The position numbers and the translations under genes were made by a program. From Squalus acanthias (taxonomy: Eukaryota), in contig CM059431.1 in assembly GCA_030390025.1 (NCBI GenBank), positions 102,364,001 to 102,428,000 on the forward strand: 64,000 nt of DNA, in the 5' to 3' direction. The stretch's first letter is position 1; every line of letters begins with the position of its first letter. This document shows, in pieces, positions 62,225 through 64,000 of this stretch. The notes beneath the pieces are model-generated. The model did no database searches. It worked only from the letters and a program-made list of their open reading frames with translations, and had not been told where the DNA came from.

Positions 62225-62544
62225 AAGACAGACTTGCATTTCTATGGCGCCTTTCATGACCTCAGGATGTCCCAAAGGGCTTTACACCCAACAGAGTACT
62301 TTTGAAATGTCGCCATTGCTGTATTGTTGGAAACGCAACGGCGACAATTTGCACACAGCAAGCTCCCACAAACAGCAATGCAATAATGACCAGATTATCC
62401 ATTTTTATTTTTAGTGATGTTGATTGAGGGATCAATATTGGCCCCAGGACACCAGGGAGAACTCCCCTGCTCTTCTTCGAAATAGTGCCATGGGATCTTT
62501 TACGTCCACCTGAGAGAGCAGACGGGGCCTCGGTTTAACATCTC
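62225..62544 (-). mobile_element. DeuSINE 3'/core fragment
   Basis: Similarity to other copies. Confidence 0.8.
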
Positions 62545-63097
62545 ATGCAGTTTTGGTCTCCTTACCTAAGAAAGGATATACTTGCCATAGAGGGAGTGCA
62601 GCGAAGGTTCACCAGACTGATTCCTGGGATGGCAGGACTGTCGTATGAGGAGAGATTGGATCGACTAGGCCTGTATTCACTAGAGTTTAGAAGAATGAGA
62701 GGGGATCTCATTGAAACATATAAAATTCTGACAGGGCTGGACAGACTGGATGCAGGGAGGATGTTTCCCTTGGCTGGGGGGTCTAGAATGAGGGGTCACA
62801 GTCTCAGGATACGGGGTAGGATATTTAGGACTGAGATGAGGAGAAATTTCTTCACTCAGAGGGTAGTGAACCTGTGGAATTCTCTACCACAGAAGGCTGT
62901 GGAGGCCAAGTCACTGAATATATTTAAGAAGGAGATACATAGATTTCTAGACACAAAAGGCTTCAAGGGGTATGGGGAGAGAGGGGGAATATGGTATTGA
63001 GATAGAGGATCAGCCATGATCATATTGAATGGCGGAGCAGGCTCGAAGGGCCGTATGGCCGACTCCTGCTCCTATTTTTCTATGTTGCTATGTTTCT
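62545..63097 (+). mobile_element. CR1 3' fragment, same subfamily as 14030-15487
   Basis: QFWSPYLRKDILAIEGVQRRFTRLIPGM...GIWY*, intact frame. Confidence 0.92.
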
Positions 63098-64000
63098 AAT
63101 TCAGAGCAGACAGATCAAACCCGAAACCTTCTTGTCCAAATGACTCAGTATCATCTATGGTGAAAGTACCCACTAAGCTATTTGAAGAGTAAAATAACAG
63201 CCCCAAAGGCAATAAAACTACCTCATGAATTTTGTAGTATACATATTTTTTTTTAATGCGATAGTGATCTCAAATCAGGTTTTTGATGGTAATGCTCTCA
63301 CAGTTTATGACATCGAGACTCCTTTATAAGATTTCTGCCTGGTAGTCGCTTTCTGTTTCTGCCATTCTCTATTTAATTAGAATGTCTTCCATTATTGATG
63401 CTTTATATCATTAATGCCCATAGCATATTGTCAAGGATTAGCTCATTAGTAGGTTTACTGCACTTGTGGGATATACGCAACAGCTCACCGTGCTTAAGAA
63501 TTATGAATCTTCAGCAATAAATCCAGAAATGTACCATTATTAGTTCAATATACTCTGCTTGTTAAGAAAACTGTGGTGGGACATTTAAATTAAGACATTA
63601 ATATTCCCTGCGCAATATTTGGAGACATGTCAAGCAGTGTGCAAGAAATACCCATAAAAGGCACAGCTCATGCAGATGACAATAGCGACCCAGAGCGACT
63701 CAATGAGCTGGGTCTACATACTTTAGAGGAGTGCAGACTTGGGAGTGATTTGATAGAGGTTTACAAAATTATGAAGGGACTAAATTGTGTCTATGTGGAC
63801 CAATTATCTCAACTGAATAGGTTTAGGGAGGCCCCAGGGTTACGCTTACATAGAATGTGCAGCACAGAAACAGGCCATTCGGCCCAACTGGTCGATGCCG
63901 GTGTTTATGCTCCACACGAGCCTCCTCCCACCCCTCTTCATCTCACCCTATCAGCATAGCCTTCTATTCCTTTCTCCCTCATGCGTTTATCTCGCTTCCC

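Noticed and set aside
63627..63959. 110-aa ORF at the window end
   Set aside because: Decayed CR1 (ERLNELGLHTLEECRLGSDLIEVYKIMKG) running into another CR1 tail.

Overview
Repeat-dense vertebrate intronic DNA. The repeat families (DeuSINE/SacSINE1-like SINEs, CR1, L2, RTE, Penelope-like, LF-SINE-like) suggest a cartilaginous fish, which is an inference. The only host coding sequence I can support is one minus-strand exon at 41413-41621 carrying the start codon and first 61 codons of a FARP1-like gene, so the rest of the window is probably its flanking introns. Nearly all other ORFs are LINE or Penelope remnants or frame artefacts of repeats. I found no convincing novel multi-gene system. The most interesting signals are mobile-element structures: a tRNA-Ser/CR1-tail chimera between two inverted solo-LTR-like elements; Penelope ends with minimal hammerhead ribozymes showing stem covariation; an unclassified structured ~200-bp module found twice at the same site of a CR1 3' tail; a 33-bp minisatellite arising inside DeuSINEs; twin-priming-type inversions in RTE and Penelope copies; an in-frame GIY-YIG/APE fusion; and an old inverted duplication. 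Family names come from recalled motifs, not database searches, and repeat boundaries are approximate unless a target-site duplication (TSD) or terminal inverted repeat (TIR) is quoted.
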